Shown: positions 37,874 through 47,890, counted from the first letter of the stretch. The stretch is 64,000 nucleotides of DNA from an uncultured Acidobacteriota bacterium (GCA_913043225.1 CAJWLU010000009.1:32001-96000), one strand, 5' to 3'. The notes: a model not told the origin generated them from the letters alone. Numbers and translations are program-made.

Positions 37874-37978
37874 CGGTGCGTGGTTGGCAAGGTTGACGCC
37901 GGGCCAACCGCGAAAGGTGTCCTTGGCCAACGCGAAACTGCGAGCTTCAGGGGTTTCGCCCTGCCCTTCAGAATCGAA

Positions 37979-38008
37979 CCGGTAGCCTGGTGAATTCCAG
38001 GCTGCCGG
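37979..38008. terminator. stem-loop between a CDS and the convergent sulfatase remnant
   Basis: 12-bp stem CCGGTAGCCTGG / CCAGGCTGCCGG with one G-U pair; loop TGAATT. Confidence 0.35.
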
Positions 38009-38026
38009 CTGTATCCGGTGGTGCCT

Positions 38027-38154
38027 GGCCGGCTACCGCTTCCCTCCTGGCAACGCTCCAGCAACGCCGTCATCCGTTCGACCACGTCGGGGTGCTGGTC
38101 GTAGGTATTTCTCGTCTCCCCGATGTCGGCCGACAGGTCGTAGAGTAGGTTGGT
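38027..38154 (-). pseudogene. sulfatase C-terminal remnant
   Basis: Reads TNLLYDLSADIGETRNTYDQHPDVVERMTALLER, the typical sulfatase tail LYDL..D.GE..N; in-frame TAG immediately upstream and no catalytic domain. Confidence 0.65.
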
Positions 38155-38172
38155 CTACAGTCTGTCTTATCG

Positions 38173-39600
38173 ATGGAACCTCGAAGCCCTTGCCTGAGTC
38201 GACGAGGCCTGGTGTGTGCTGCGCTGCTGGTCTGGCTGACCGGCCCGGTGTTAGCCGACGACTGGCCGATGTGGGGAGGGACCCCCGACCGGAATATGAC
38301 GTCGACCGAGGTGGGCCTGCCGACAGCCTGGGACATCGGCGCTGGCACGAGCGTGAAATGGGCCGTCGCTCTAGGTTCGTCGAGCTACGGTAACCCGGTG
38401 GTGGCGGACGGAAAGATCTTCGTGGGGACCAACAACGACGTGCCACGCGACCCGGCTGTGGATGGCGACCGTGGCATCGTGATGGCTTTCCGCGAATCGG
38501 ATGGCGCGTTCCTGTGGCAGATGGTGCACGACAAGCTGGCCACGGGCGAGGAGAACGATTGGCCCTATCAGGGTGTCTGCTCGTCACCGACGGTTGTTGG
38601 TGACCGGCTCTATTACGTGAGCAACCAGGGGGAAGTGGTGGCGCTCGACACCGAGGGCTTCCTCGATGGTGAGGACGATGGGACGGTGACAGACGAGGCG
38701 CTCGCAACCGACTCAGCCGCCGACGTGGTGTGGCGCTACGACATGATCGGCGAACTAGGTGTGTTTCCCCACAATATGACCAGCAGCGCGCCGAGCGTTC
38801 ACGGCGACCTAGTGATCGTTAACACCTCGAACGGGACCAACGAAGAGGGCTATGTGATGGCTCCGGAGGCGCCCGACCTGATTGCCCTCAACCGGGTAAC
38901 TGGAGGGTTGGTCTGGCAGGCGGCGCCGGTGGGCGAGTGGCTCCTGCACGGGCAATGGTCGTCGCCGGCGGTGGCTGAGATCGACGGAGTGACGCAGGTG
39001 GTCATCGGCCAGGGCGACGGCTGGGTGCGTGGCTACCGGGTCGAAGATGGCACCCTGCTCTGGGAGTTCGACACGAATCCCATCGAAGCCGAGTGGCCTG
39101 CCACGCGGAACAACGTCATCGCCACCCCGGTGGTCTGGAACAATCGCGTCTATGTGGCCAATGGGCAGGATCCGGAGAACGGCGAGGGCGAGGGGCGGCT
39201 CCACGCTATTGACGCCACGTTGCGGGGCGACATCAGCGAGACAGGTGGCGTGTGGCAGTTCGACGAGATCAGGCGTTCGCTGACCACCGTCGCCATCGCG
39301 GACGGACTGCTCTACGTGGCGGACTTTAGCGGCTATGTGCGGTGTCTGGATGCCGGGACCGGCGAGGAGTTGTGGGTGCACGACACCTTCGCCGCCATCT
39401 GGGGCTCACCTCTGGTAGCCGATGGCAAGGTGTATCTGGGGGATGAGGACGGCGACGTGGTGGTCTTGCGCGCCGGCCATGAACTCGAGGTGCTGGCCGA
39501 GAACAGTCTCGGGAGCCCCATGTACGGGGCTCCCATCGCCGCCAATGGCGTGCTCTACATCAACACCGTCACGGAGCTATGGGCCCTGGCGGTCGAATGA
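38173..39600 (+). CDS. secreted PQQ-like (BamB/PQQ_2) beta-propeller protein
   Basis: Signal peptide; DWPMWGG, YGNPVVADGKIF, HGQWSSP, WGSPLVADGKVY. Confidence 0.85.
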   Translation: MEPRSPCLSRRGLVCAALLVWLTGPVLADDWPMWGGTPDRNMTSTEVGLPTAWDIGAGTSVKWAVALGSSSYGNPVVADGKIFVGTNNDVPRDPAVDGDRGIVMAFRESDGAFLWQMVHDKLATGEENDWPYQGVCSSPTVVGDRLYYVSNQGEVVALDTEGFLDGEDDGTVTDEALATDSAADVVWRYDMIGELGVFPHNMTSSAPSVHGDLVIVNTSNGTNEEGYVMAPEAPDLIALNRVTGGLVWQAAPVGEWLLHGQWSSPAVAEIDGVTQVVIGQGDGWVRGYRVEDGTLLWEFDTNPIEAEWPATRNNVIATPVVWNNRVYVANGQDPENGEGEGRLHAIDATLRGDISETGGVWQFDEIRRSLTTVAIADGLLYVADFSGYVRCLDAGTGEELWVHDTFAAIWGSPLVADGKVYLGDEDGDVVVLRAGHELEVLAENSLGSPMYGAPIAANGVLYINTVTELWALAVE

Positions 39601-39632
39601 GCTCGATTGGTGGGGCCAAAGCCCCGCCCCAC

Positions 39633-41045
39633 CTAATTCCCTATCGCGTAGAGCGTGCCGCCGGCGCGGATGTAGAGATGACCATCCGAGATCGACGGCG
39701 TGCTCAGCGTGTACCCGGGCAGTGAGTTCTTAGCGATGATCTCGAACTTTCGCCCTGCCCGGTAGACGGTCGTCACCCCATCCTCACTCGTGGCATACAG
39801 CTTTCCGTCGGCTAGGACCGGCGACGCGCTGTAGGTGCCAGGCTCGAGCCGCTGCTCGGTGTACACCGTTTCGCCGGTTGCGATGTTGAGCGCGTGCGCC
39901 ACCCCGTTGTCCTGCACCACATAGAGCAGCTCACCGTCTGACACCGGAGTCGGCACGTCGGGGCCACTGTGGAACGACCAGAGCAGGTGTGAGGTGGTGA
40001 CGTTGCCCCGGCCGCCCGCTCTGAGCGCGAGCATGGGCCGTACGCGGGTCGGCGCGATGATGGTTTCACCCACAACCAGTGGGGAAGCCACCAGCCGGTA
40101 CGCGCCGTTGTTGGTCGGGTTCAGGCCATCGGCGCGCCACAGCTCGGCGCCTGTCGCCGGGTCGTGCCCGGTGACCACATCGCCGCCCGTGATCACGATC
40201 TCGGTTTGCCCGTCGTACTGGAGGAGTGCCGGTGTCGTGTACGAGTCAGGCGACTCCCGCTCGGCCTCGGTTGGCCGCTCCACCAGCCAGACGGTCTCGC
40301 CCGTGGCCTTGTCGAGTCGGAGCACGTAGGACGGATCGTCGGTGCGCATGCCGTGCAGCACCTGCACGTAGAGCGCGTCCTCATGAAGCAGTGGTGAGCT
40401 GGCGAAGCCCCAGTTCAGCCCAAACGACCAGTAGTCATCGGAAATATTGCGGGCCCAGATCTCGTTGCCGTCAAAGTCGAAGCCGCGGAGCCAGCCCGTG
40501 CCGGTCATCACCCACACATGTTCGCCGTCGGTCACCGGCGACGGCGTCGACATGTTCTGCTTGCGAGCCTGGCGGTCATTGTTGCTGAGGAATTGCTTCC
40601 ACTCCACGGACCCGTCCCGGCGGTCGAGCTTCCACAACTCGACGATCTGGTTGGGATCGCCCGTTGGGGTTGGTCGCGGTCCGCTCCGGCTTCGTCCACC
40701 ACTGGGCGGGCGTCCTGGCCCGCGTCGGCCTTGTCCCCGCCGGCCGAGGCCGCGCCCACCAGCGCTCCGCTCAAGATACGAGACGGTGATGAAGATGGTG
40801 TCTTCCCAGATGATCGGGGTGGCCCCGCTCCAGGAGTCCTCAGCGATATCGAGCGTCCAGGCGACGTTCTCGGTGTCGCTCCAGGTGGCGGGGAGCCCCG
40901 TTTCACCGCTGGTGCCGTTCAGGCTGGGCCCACGCCACTGTGGCCAGTTCTCGGCCGCAGTGAGCGACACGCTAGAGGTGAGCGCCAGTGCGGCCACGGC
41001 AGCGACCGCGGTCAGACGGAACTTCCGAGAGAGCACCTTCTCCAC
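39633..41045 (-). CDS. secreted PQQ-like (BamB/PQQ_2) beta-propeller protein
   Basis: AAGGAGG upstream; signal peptide; NWPQWRGP, STPSPVTDG, ASSP, SASPVLADGKLY. Confidence 0.85.
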   Translation of the reverse strand: MEKVLSRKFRLTAVAAVAALALTSSVSLTAAENWPQWRGPSLNGTSGETGLPATWSDTENVAWTLDIAEDSWSGATPIIWEDTIFITVSYLERSAGGRGLGRRGQGRRGPGRPPSGGRSRSGPRPTPTGDPNQIVELWKLDRRDGSVEWKQFLSNNDRQARKQNMSTPSPVTDGEHVWVMTGTGWLRGFDFDGNEIWARNISDDYWSFGLNWGFASSPLLHEDALYVQVLHGMRTDDPSYVLRLDKATGETVWLVERPTEAERESPDSYTTPALLQYDGQTEIVITGGDVVTGHDPATGAELWRADGLNPTNNGAYRLVASPLVVGETIIAPTRVRPMLALRAGGRGNVTTSHLLWSFHSGPDVPTPVSDGELLYVVQDNGVAHALNIATGETVYTEQRLEPGTYSASPVLADGKLYATSEDGVTTVYRAGRKFEIIAKNSLPGYTLSTPSISDGHLYIRAGGTLYAIGN

Positions 41046-41224
41046 GCCGTCCTCCTTAAATGCCCCAGAGCGACAAGCTTACCCGTTCTGGACGCATGGC
41101 GGTGCGACCGACCTGCTCGTTTACTCCCGCGCACTGCGTGAGGGGACGCGCAGGACACCACTATGCTCTGGTGTTTGACGGCCTGGTCGCGCTCTGGATG
41201 GCAGGCCGGGGTCGAAGAGGTCGT

Positions 41225-42679
41225 TCATCGCCGGTTCTCTTCGGGCGGCAAGGCCACCTCCGGGCTGTCTTCGGTGCGGGCCCGCTCGAACGCCGGTTTA
41301 GGGACGGCGCTGCGTACTTGCTCCATCCAGTACACGCCATCATAGGGGGTGCTGTTTCCCCGGGTGCCATAGAAGTCGACGTCGCCATCGCCGTCGGCAT
41401 CGCGGGCGATGAACTTGTCATACATTCCGCGCTTCCGACGCGAAACGTCGTGGCGGGTCCAGTCGCCGGTACCGTCGCTGCCCGGGTGCTGGAACCAGCC
41501 GATGCGGCCGAGCGCGTCGTGCACGTCAAGGTCGCCGTCGCCTTCGCGTGGCCCTCGGCTGTAGCTGCCAGCCATGACGTCGAGGAATCCGTCGCCGTCG
41601 ATGTCGACCACCGCTAGGCCGGTCATGCTGTCGGGGGCGAAGGTGCCGATGCGGTAGGCGTTCCAGGCGTCGTCGATGATTCTGGGTTGCGCGATCCAGC
41701 CGAGACCGTCGCTGGCGGCCCCGACGATGTCGAGCCGTCCGTCGCCGTTCAGGTCTGCGTAATCCAGGTTGAAGCCGGCCATGCGCGCACCGTTGATCCC
41801 AATGGCGTGCTCTCGGAAGCTGAGATTTCCGGGGGTGCTGGTGTTCTCGAAGAAGATCAGCCTGGCCTCGCCTCGCGTGCCGACAATGACGTCGAGGTCG
41901 CCATCGCCGTCCAGGTCGACTGGCTCGGCGTTTTGAGGCACGCTGTAGCGACCCAGCTGCATCTCGCTCCAACTCCCACCCTTCAGCGGATCGCCATCGA
42001 TGGAGTAGATGACCACGGGCGTTGACTGCGCGTACTCCTCTTGCCCGATCCGGTGAGCGCCCTTGTTGGCTGCGCTCACCTCCGGCTGCCCGTCACCGTC
42101 GAAATCGGCGATGAATACCCTGATGTAGGAGCCGTTGCCCTGGGTGATGGGCACGATCAGGCGCTCCCACTGCTCCGTGCGGGCGGCGACGCCGCCCGGG
42201 TTCTCCAAGTAGGTGAGGTGCGCTAGCTCGGCTGCCACCATTACGTCGAGATGCCCGTCGCCGTTTAGGTCGGCAACGGCGGCGTCCTCGGCGGCCGACG
42301 CATCAGTGCCCTGGGCCAGGGTAACGTTGGTCCAGGCGTTTGGGTCCGCCGAGCCGAACGCGATCCGGACGTGGCCGTCGATGCCCACGTCGAAGTCGGG
42401 GTCGACCACTGCCGAGTCGTACTCGCTGTCGGACTCGTGTACCGAAACGATGTCCTCGAACCCGTCGCCGTCGATGTCGGCCACCACCAGACCGTCGCTC
42501 CCGCTCAGATTGAACCCGGCGGTCGCTGGATCGTCGATGATGTGCTCACGCCAGCTGATGTACTGCCCGTCATCAGAACGAGCCTTGGTTGGCGTATCAC
42601 CGACGGTTGACTGGGTGTAGCCAGCCGCCGGCAGGCTCAGGGCGCCGAGTATCGCGAGCGCAACGATGTGTCTGGTCAT
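41225..42679 (-). CDS. secreted FG-GAP/VCBS repeat protein
   Basis: About 7 repeats of D(I/L/F)(D/N)GDG..D; signal peptide from ATG 42679. Confidence 0.85.
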   Translation of the reverse strand: MTRHIVALAILGALSLPAAGYTQSTVGDTPTKARSDDGQYISWREHIIDDPATAGFNLSGSDGLVVADIDGDGFEDIVSVHESDSEYDSAVVDPDFDVGIDGHVRIAFGSADPNAWTNVTLAQGTDASAAEDAAVADLNGDGHLDVMVAAELAHLTYLENPGGVAARTEQWERLIVPITQGNGSYIRVFIADFDGDGQPEVSAANKGAHRIGQEEYAQSTPVVIYSIDGDPLKGGSWSEMQLGRYSVPQNAEPVDLDGDGDLDVIVGTRGEARLIFFENTSTPGNLSFREHAIGINGARMAGFNLDYADLNGDGRLDIVGAASDGLGWIAQPRIIDDAWNAYRIGTFAPDSMTGLAVVDIDGDGFLDVMAGSYSRGPREGDGDLDVHDALGRIGWFQHPGSDGTGDWTRHDVSRRKRGMYDKFIARDADGDGDVDFYGTRGNSTPYDGVYWMEQVRSAVPKPAFERARTEDSPEVALPPEENRR

Positions 42680-42742
42680 GGTATGGAGAGCAATCGCTCT
42701 GGTGCTTCGCCACGAGCAATTGGAGCGAAAGGGACGGGCCAA

Positions 42743-42952
42743 TCCGTGCAAGAAATGCCCCGTCGCTGCGTAGCGAGGGTGATCCCCTGGGAATGATGAC
42801 ACCATCCCCCTCTGGGTGGCGGCGGTGAGCGATACGGTGGGGGAGAGCGACATATTTGGGTCGGCCGCCTCCGGTTCGAGCGCCTTGGTCAGCCGGAAGT
42901 CGAGGACCTTAACCATGCCTTCGGACGCCATCTTGGTGTTGGCGGGTCTCGG
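42743..42952 (-). pseudogene. Hanks-type Ser/Thr kinase remnant
   Basis: RPANTK..EGMVKVLDFRLTKA is a degenerate KPANIK..VKVLDFGLAKA, followed by SPTVSLTAATQRGMV; subdomains I-V and VIII-XI are absent. Confidence 0.7.
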
Positions 42953-42989
42953 GCGAACGCCTCGCGCCGATTATAGCTGGCTCACGTCG

Positions 42990-43079
42990 CCAGTACCACT
43001 CGACCTTCAGACCGGGCACGCGCTGGGGCAACTCTGTGTCTCTTGCGACAATTGGCAGGTCGTGCGCCAGGTCGGTCAA
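42990..43079 (-). pseudogene. possible PIN-domain (VapC) toxin C-terminal remnant
   Basis: LAHDLPIVARD...QRVPGLKVEW resembles the VapC tail (L..VTR...F.RVPGL.VE.W). Confidence 0.45.
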
Positions 43080-43155
43080 GCGGCGTTTGGCTGACCGAGG
43101 ACGACATCGTATCGCTCGAACGCGGAGGACGCTGCGAGTTTGATAGGCTCGGGCC

Positions 43156-44811
43156 ATGATCAGGCGTGCGACCGTAGCGGTGGTCTTGTGTGGGGCGCTA
43201 CTATGGGCCGGCCGGCAGCCCCCAATGGCTCAGCAGCCACGCGTGTCGGCTGGTGAGCGCGCCGGGTGCGAAGCGCTGCTCCTGACGCGAAACCTCACGC
43301 TAACCTATGCCGGTGTCCAGACGATCGGTGATGGCACGGCCTACTGTTACGTGAAGGGCATCCTCCCGCCTGCGATCGGCTTCCATGTGCAGCTGCCGTT
43401 TCCCGGTGATTGGAACGGTCGGTTTCTGAAGTGGGGCGACGGTGGGAAAGATGGCGACCTCGACTTCGCCGACCATCGGGTGGCCGAAGGCTACGCGGTC
43501 GCCAACAGCAATATGGGGCACGACAGCGGCGCCGAGCCGGGGTCGTCGTTCGCGTGGAACAACCGGCAGGCCGAGATCGACTTCGGTTACCGGGCCGTGC
43601 ACCTGACGACGGTAGCTGGCAAGGGCCTGGTACGCGCCTACTACGACCGGGCGCCCGAGTATTCCTACTTCGAAGGCTGCTCGACTGGTGGTCGCGAAGG
43701 GCTGATGGAGGCGCAGCGCTATCCGGACGACTTCGATGGGATCGTGGCTGGTGCACCCGCCAACCACTATCAGGATATGAACGCGGTCCGTGTCTGGCTG
43801 CTGCAGCGGATGTTCCGCGACGACTTTACCGGCGCGCTGGCGTTCGACACCGACGGTGACGGGCGCTTCGACAGCGTGCGCAAGATGGACCTGTTGGCCG
43901 ACGCGGTACTCGCGCGCTGCGATGCCAACGACGGCATCACGGACGGGGTCATCGACGACCCGCTCGGTTGCGACTTTGATCCCGGGCGAGACCTGTCCAA
44001 CCAGCGGTGCCCGGGGGACGTCGACGGCGAGACCTGCTTTACTAGTGCGCAGCTCCAGACCATTCGCGACTTTCACGAGGGGCCGAGCGACAGTCTCGAG
44101 CGTTCGATCTATGCCGGGAAGCCGATTGGCTCAGAGCGGGAGTGGACGCGGTTGTTCATTCCCTACACGGGCAACCGGTTCAACCCGGGCGCTGTGGGGC
44201 TCGGCGGTGATCACCTCAACTACTTGTTCTTCGACGAAGACCCCGGGGTGGCACCCCCCAATCTGATCGATCCGTCGAGCGAGGTGGACGCTGAGGCCAT
44301 GCCGCCGCAGTGGGCGTGGTGGAACTTCGATATTCAGGACGTCCACGCAGGACGAGGCGATGTGATGCGAGCCATCACCGACGCTGTCGACCCTGATCTC
44401 ACTGGGATGCTGGTGGAGAACGATGCGAAGCTGCTCATGTATCACGGTTGGGCCGACGCTCTCGTGGTGCCACAGCCCACGCTGACCTACTACCACGACG
44501 TGGTGGACACGACGTTCGGGGGCGACATGGATGCGGCTCGTCAGAAGGTGCGCTTGTTCATGGCGCCTGGCATGGGGCACTGCCGTGGTGGGGCCGGTCC
44601 AGACACCTGGGATCGGCTGCAGCCGCTGGTCGACTGGGTCGAGCGGGGCGCGGCGCCGGATGCACTGATCGCGACGCATCAGACCGATGGCGTGGTGGAC
44701 AACGAGCGACCACTTTGTGCGGTGCCCGAGCGGGCGGTCTATACAGGGCCAGTCGGCGGCGAGAACGATCAGACAAATTGGGTAGCGGAGAACTTCACAT
44801 GTCAGAGATGA
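43156..44811 (+). CDS. tannase/feruloyl esterase family alpha/beta hydrolase, secreted
   Basis: WNGRF, GCSTGGREG, AQRYPDDFDG, YHGWAD, PGMGHC (CS-D-HC motif), WVERG.AP. Confidence 0.92.
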   Translation: MIRRATVAVVLCGALLWAGRQPPMAQQPRVSAGERAGCEALLLTRNLTLTYAGVQTIGDGTAYCYVKGILPPAIGFHVQLPFPGDWNGRFLKWGDGGKDGDLDFADHRVAEGYAVANSNMGHDSGAEPGSSFAWNNRQAEIDFGYRAVHLTTVAGKGLVRAYYDRAPEYSYFEGCSTGGREGLMEAQRYPDDFDGIVAGAPANHYQDMNAVRVWLLQRMFRDDFTGALAFDTDGDGRFDSVRKMDLLADAVLARCDANDGITDGVIDDPLGCDFDPGRDLSNQRCPGDVDGETCFTSAQLQTIRDFHEGPSDSLERSIYAGKPIGSEREWTRLFIPYTGNRFNPGAVGLGGDHLNYLFFDEDPGVAPPNLIDPSSEVDAEAMPPQWAWWNFDIQDVHAGRGDVMRAITDAVDPDLTGMLVENDAKLLMYHGWADALVVPQPTLTYYHDVVDTTFGGDMDAARQKVRLFMAPGMGHCRGGAGPDTWDRLQPLVDWVERGAAPDALIATHQTDGVVDNERPLCAVPERAVYTGPVGGENDQTNWVAENFTCQR

Positions 44812-46763
44812 CGCGGCTAATCACGATTGCGGCGTTGGCGCTGGTCCTCGGGGCAGAGCTCACGACCGCCCAGCATCCGCCCCCGGGTGAGTGGCACGCG
44901 TTTGGCGCCGACACGGGTAACTCGAAGTACTCGCCGCTCGACCAGATTGACGCCACCAACTTCACGGATCTTGAGATTGCCTGGCGTTGGGCGTCCATCT
45001 CGAAGGCGGTGGCAGACACCCGTTCGGAGATCAATGCCGGTCTCTTCAAGGCGACAGCGCTGATGGCCGATGGGCTGGTGTACATTGCCACGGCCCTGAG
45101 CCAAGTAGCTGCGCTTGATCCCGGCACCGGGGCGTTGGTCTGGTACTACGATCCTAAGACTTACGACCAGCTCGACCGGCCGGCCAACATCGGATGGCAG
45201 CACCGCGGTGTGTCGTTCTGGCGGGACGGCGATACCGATGACACACGCATCTTCATCGCCACTCACGACCTGCGGCTGCACGGCCTCGACGCCAGAACTG
45301 GGGAGCTTGAAGCTGGGTTTGGAGATGGTGGCATCGTCGATCTCAGCACCACCCTCGGCCGAGAGATTGACCGCTCACGGATCACGCACTCGTCGCCGGT
45401 GGCGGTGGTGCGCGACACGCTCGTCGTGGGCAGCTCGTTGACTGACCAGACCACGACCCGCGAAGCGCCACCTGGACACGTGCGCGGGTTCGATGCGCAT
45501 ACAGGCGCGATGAAGTGGATCTTTCACACTATTCCGCAGGGTGACGAGTTCGGCGTGGATAGCTGGGGCAATGAAAGTTGGCGCTACAGCGGGCACACGA
45601 ACGTGTGGGGCAACATGGCGGGCGACGACGAACTAGGCATCGTGTACCTGCCGATTAGCACGCCGACCAACGACTGGTATGGCGGGATGCGGCCGGGCGA
45701 CAACCTGTTTGCCGAGAGCGTGGTGGCGGTCGATGTCGAGACCGGCCAGCGGCTCTGGCACTTCCAGGCGGTGCATCACGGATTGTGGGACTACGACTTC
45801 CCGACCGCTGGGAACATGCTCGACATCACGGTGGACGGTCGCGACATCCGTGCCTATGCCCAGGCGAGTAAGCAGGCGTTCACCTATGTCTTCGACGCTG
45901 CTACCGGCGAGCCGGTGTGGCCGATCGAGGAGCGGCCGGTGCTGGCGGGCGATGTGCCCGGCGAGTGGTACTCGCCGACGCAACCGTTCCCCACCAAGCC
46001 GGCTCCTTTCGACCTGCAGGGCATCACCGTTGATGACCTGATTGACTTCACGCCTGAGCTACGCGCCGAGGCGATCGAGATTGCCGACCGCGCGGTTCTC
46101 GGTCCCATCTTCCTGCCACCCACGGTGCGCGGGCAGCCGAAGCCGATCATCCAGTCGCCAGGACCGGGCGGCGGCGTGAACTGGCCTGGTACCGCCGTTG
46201 ATCCAGAGACCGGCACCATGTTCATCCCGTCGCAGACACGTTTGCGCGCTCTCGAGGTCGTGGAGTACGAGCCGCCGGCCACGGTCGGCTACTTTACTGA
46301 CCCGTGGGCCGTGCCGGTGCCGGGGCCGAGAGGCTTGCCGTTGGTCAAGCCGCCTTACAAGCGGATTACTGCGATCGACATGAACTCGGGCGACCACGCT
46401 TGGATGAGCCCGCACGGCGACGGACCGCGCAATCACCCGGCGCTGCGCGATCTGAATCTGCCGGCGCTCGGCGGCCATAGTGGTATCCATGGCGGCGGCC
46501 CGTTGGCCACCAAGACGCTGCTCATCGTGAATTCTGGCGCCCGCTACGTCGAAGACATGGCCGAGTCAGCCCGGGCGCTCACCGCGTACCACAAGCGGAC
46601 CGGCGAGTATCTCGGCTCGGTGATGCTGCCGGCCGTACCGTCGGGTAACGCGATGACCTATCTGTGGGAAGGGACGCAGTATGTCGTGGTCGCTGTGGGC
46701 GGCGGCGGCGGCGCGGCGGCGCCTGAACTGATTGCGCTGGCGTTGCCGACCTCTGAATCTTGA
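44799..46763 (+). CDS. PQQ-dependent dehydrogenase, GDH-like, secreted
   Basis: Start at 44799 or 44808 (ATGA overlap with the esterase stop); KYSPLDQI, HHGLWDYD, SPTQPFP, MTY...GTQY. Confidence 0.9.
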   Translation: MSEMTRLITIAALALVLGAELTTAQHPPPGEWHAFGADTGNSKYSPLDQIDATNFTDLEIAWRWASISKAVADTRSEINAGLFKATALMADGLVYIATALSQVAALDPGTGALVWYYDPKTYDQLDRPANIGWQHRGVSFWRDGDTDDTRIFIATHDLRLHGLDARTGELEAGFGDGGIVDLSTTLGREIDRSRITHSSPVAVVRDTLVVGSSLTDQTTTREAPPGHVRGFDAHTGAMKWIFHTIPQGDEFGVDSWGNESWRYSGHTNVWGNMAGDDELGIVYLPISTPTNDWYGGMRPGDNLFAESVVAVDVETGQRLWHFQAVHHGLWDYDFPTAGNMLDITVDGRDIRAYAQASKQAFTYVFDAATGEPVWPIEERPVLAGDVPGEWYSPTQPFPTKPAPFDLQGITVDDLIDFTPELRAEAIEIADRAVLGPIFLPPTVRGQPKPIIQSPGPGGGVNWPGTAVDPETGTMFIPSQTRLRALEVVEYEPPATVGYFTDPWAVPVPGPRGLPLVKPPYKRITAIDMNSGDHAWMSPHGDGPRNHPALRDLNLPALGGHSGIHGGGPLATKTLLIVNSGARYVEDMAESARALTAYHKRTGEYLGSVMLPAVPSGNAMTYLWEGTQYVVVAVGGGGGAAAPELIALALPTSES

Positions 46764-46838
46764 CCCCGCTTGACCCGGCTGCCATCCTTGGCGGGTTCTG
46801 GACCGTACGAAAGGCGCGACAACATCTAAGGAGACGGA

Positions 46839-47768
46839 ATGAAATCGTGGTGGATATCCCTAGGGTTGCTGATCGTTAGCGCGACCAGCGTCGGGGCGCA
46901 GGAAGCGCGGTCGATTCTGTTCATTGGCAACAGCTTCACTTACGGGCACGGGTCGGCCGTGCGTTACTGGCGGCCGGATACGGTCACTGACCTGAACCGA
47001 GAGGGTGTCGGCGGCGTGCCGGCTCTGTTTAAGGCGTTCACCACACAGGTGGGCGTGCCCTATGACGTTTACCTCGAGACACGCGGTGGCTCGTCCATCG
47101 ACTTTCACCTGCAGGAGAAGCGGGCCGAGATCACTCGGCAGCCCTGGGACGTGGTCGTAGCCCACGGATTCAGCACACTCGATCCTCAGAATCCGGGTGA
47201 CCCGACGGCGTTGCTGCGGTCGGGCCGGAACATGGCTGAGTTGCTCGTGGCTAGAAACCCTGATGTTGACTTCTATGTCACCGCCACGTGGTCTCGTCCC
47301 GATCTGACTTACCAGGACGGCTCGCCCTGGTCCGGAAAATCGATCGATACGATGGGTATCGATGTGAATGCGGCCTACAGCCGGCTGGCGGCCGAGGTCG
47401 ACGGCGTGAAGGGGGTGAACCCGGTGGGCCTGGCGTTCAACCGGGCGATGAGCGCCGGGGTGGCCGACCCGAATCCCTACGACGGGATCGCCGTTGACCA
47501 GGTCGACCTCTATACTTTCGACCACTACCACGCGAGCTCGTTCGGCTACTACCTTGAAGCACTCGTCGTGTTTGGCAACGTGACCGGCGTCGACCCGCTG
47601 GTACTGGGAAGTAGCGAGTGTTCAGGGTTCGAGCTGGGGATGTCCGGCGCGCAGGCTGAAGCGCTGCAGCAGGTAGCCCACGACGAGCTCGTGGCGGCTG
47701 GTGTGGTGCTGAAGAAGCCTGCCGGATTGACGATGCCCGCCCGCGCGTCGAGCTGCGCTACCCCGTAA
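46839..47768 (+). CDS. secreted SGNH/GDSL-like hydrolase
   Basis: AAGGAG RBS; signal peptide; ILFIGNSFT block I; D..H (FDHYHAS) block V. Confidence 0.75.
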   Translation: MKSWWISLGLLIVSATSVGAQEARSILFIGNSFTYGHGSAVRYWRPDTVTDLNREGVGGVPALFKAFTTQVGVPYDVYLETRGGSSIDFHLQEKRAEITRQPWDVVVAHGFSTLDPQNPGDPTALLRSGRNMAELLVARNPDVDFYVTATWSRPDLTYQDGSPWSGKSIDTMGIDVNAAYSRLAAEVDGVKGVNPVGLAFNRAMSAGVADPNPYDGIAVDQVDLYTFDHYHASSFGYYLEALVVFGNVTGVDPLVLGSSECSGFELGMSGAQAEALQQVAHDELVAAGVVLKKPAGLTMPARASSCATP

Positions 47769-47774
47769 CCGATC

Positions 47775-47803
47775 GGGTGCCCGTGCCTTTGGTGCGGGCA
47801 CCC
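47775..47803. terminator. stem-loop between convergent genes
   Basis: GGGTGCCCGTGCC-TTT-GGTGCGGGCACCC. Confidence 0.5.
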
Positions 47804-47890
47804 TGTCTGCCAGCTGGCTAAGCCCGTTGTCGACGACCACCAGCCTGAGCGACGCGTGTTCCCGCGGCATGACGGACCATTGCCGGCCGG

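Noticed and set aside
42680..42931. N-terminal extension making a 568-aa kinase-FG-GAP fusion
   Set aside because: A signal peptide begins at ATG 42679; the upstream part is a degenerate kinase remnant that happens to be in frame.
44448..44798. Extended starts from the ORF track (also 3501, 7835, 8874, 15286, 23059, 32776, 50231, 52201, 58538)
   Set aside because: They overlap neighbouring genes or lack an RBS; downstream starts give signal peptides or family-typical N-termini.
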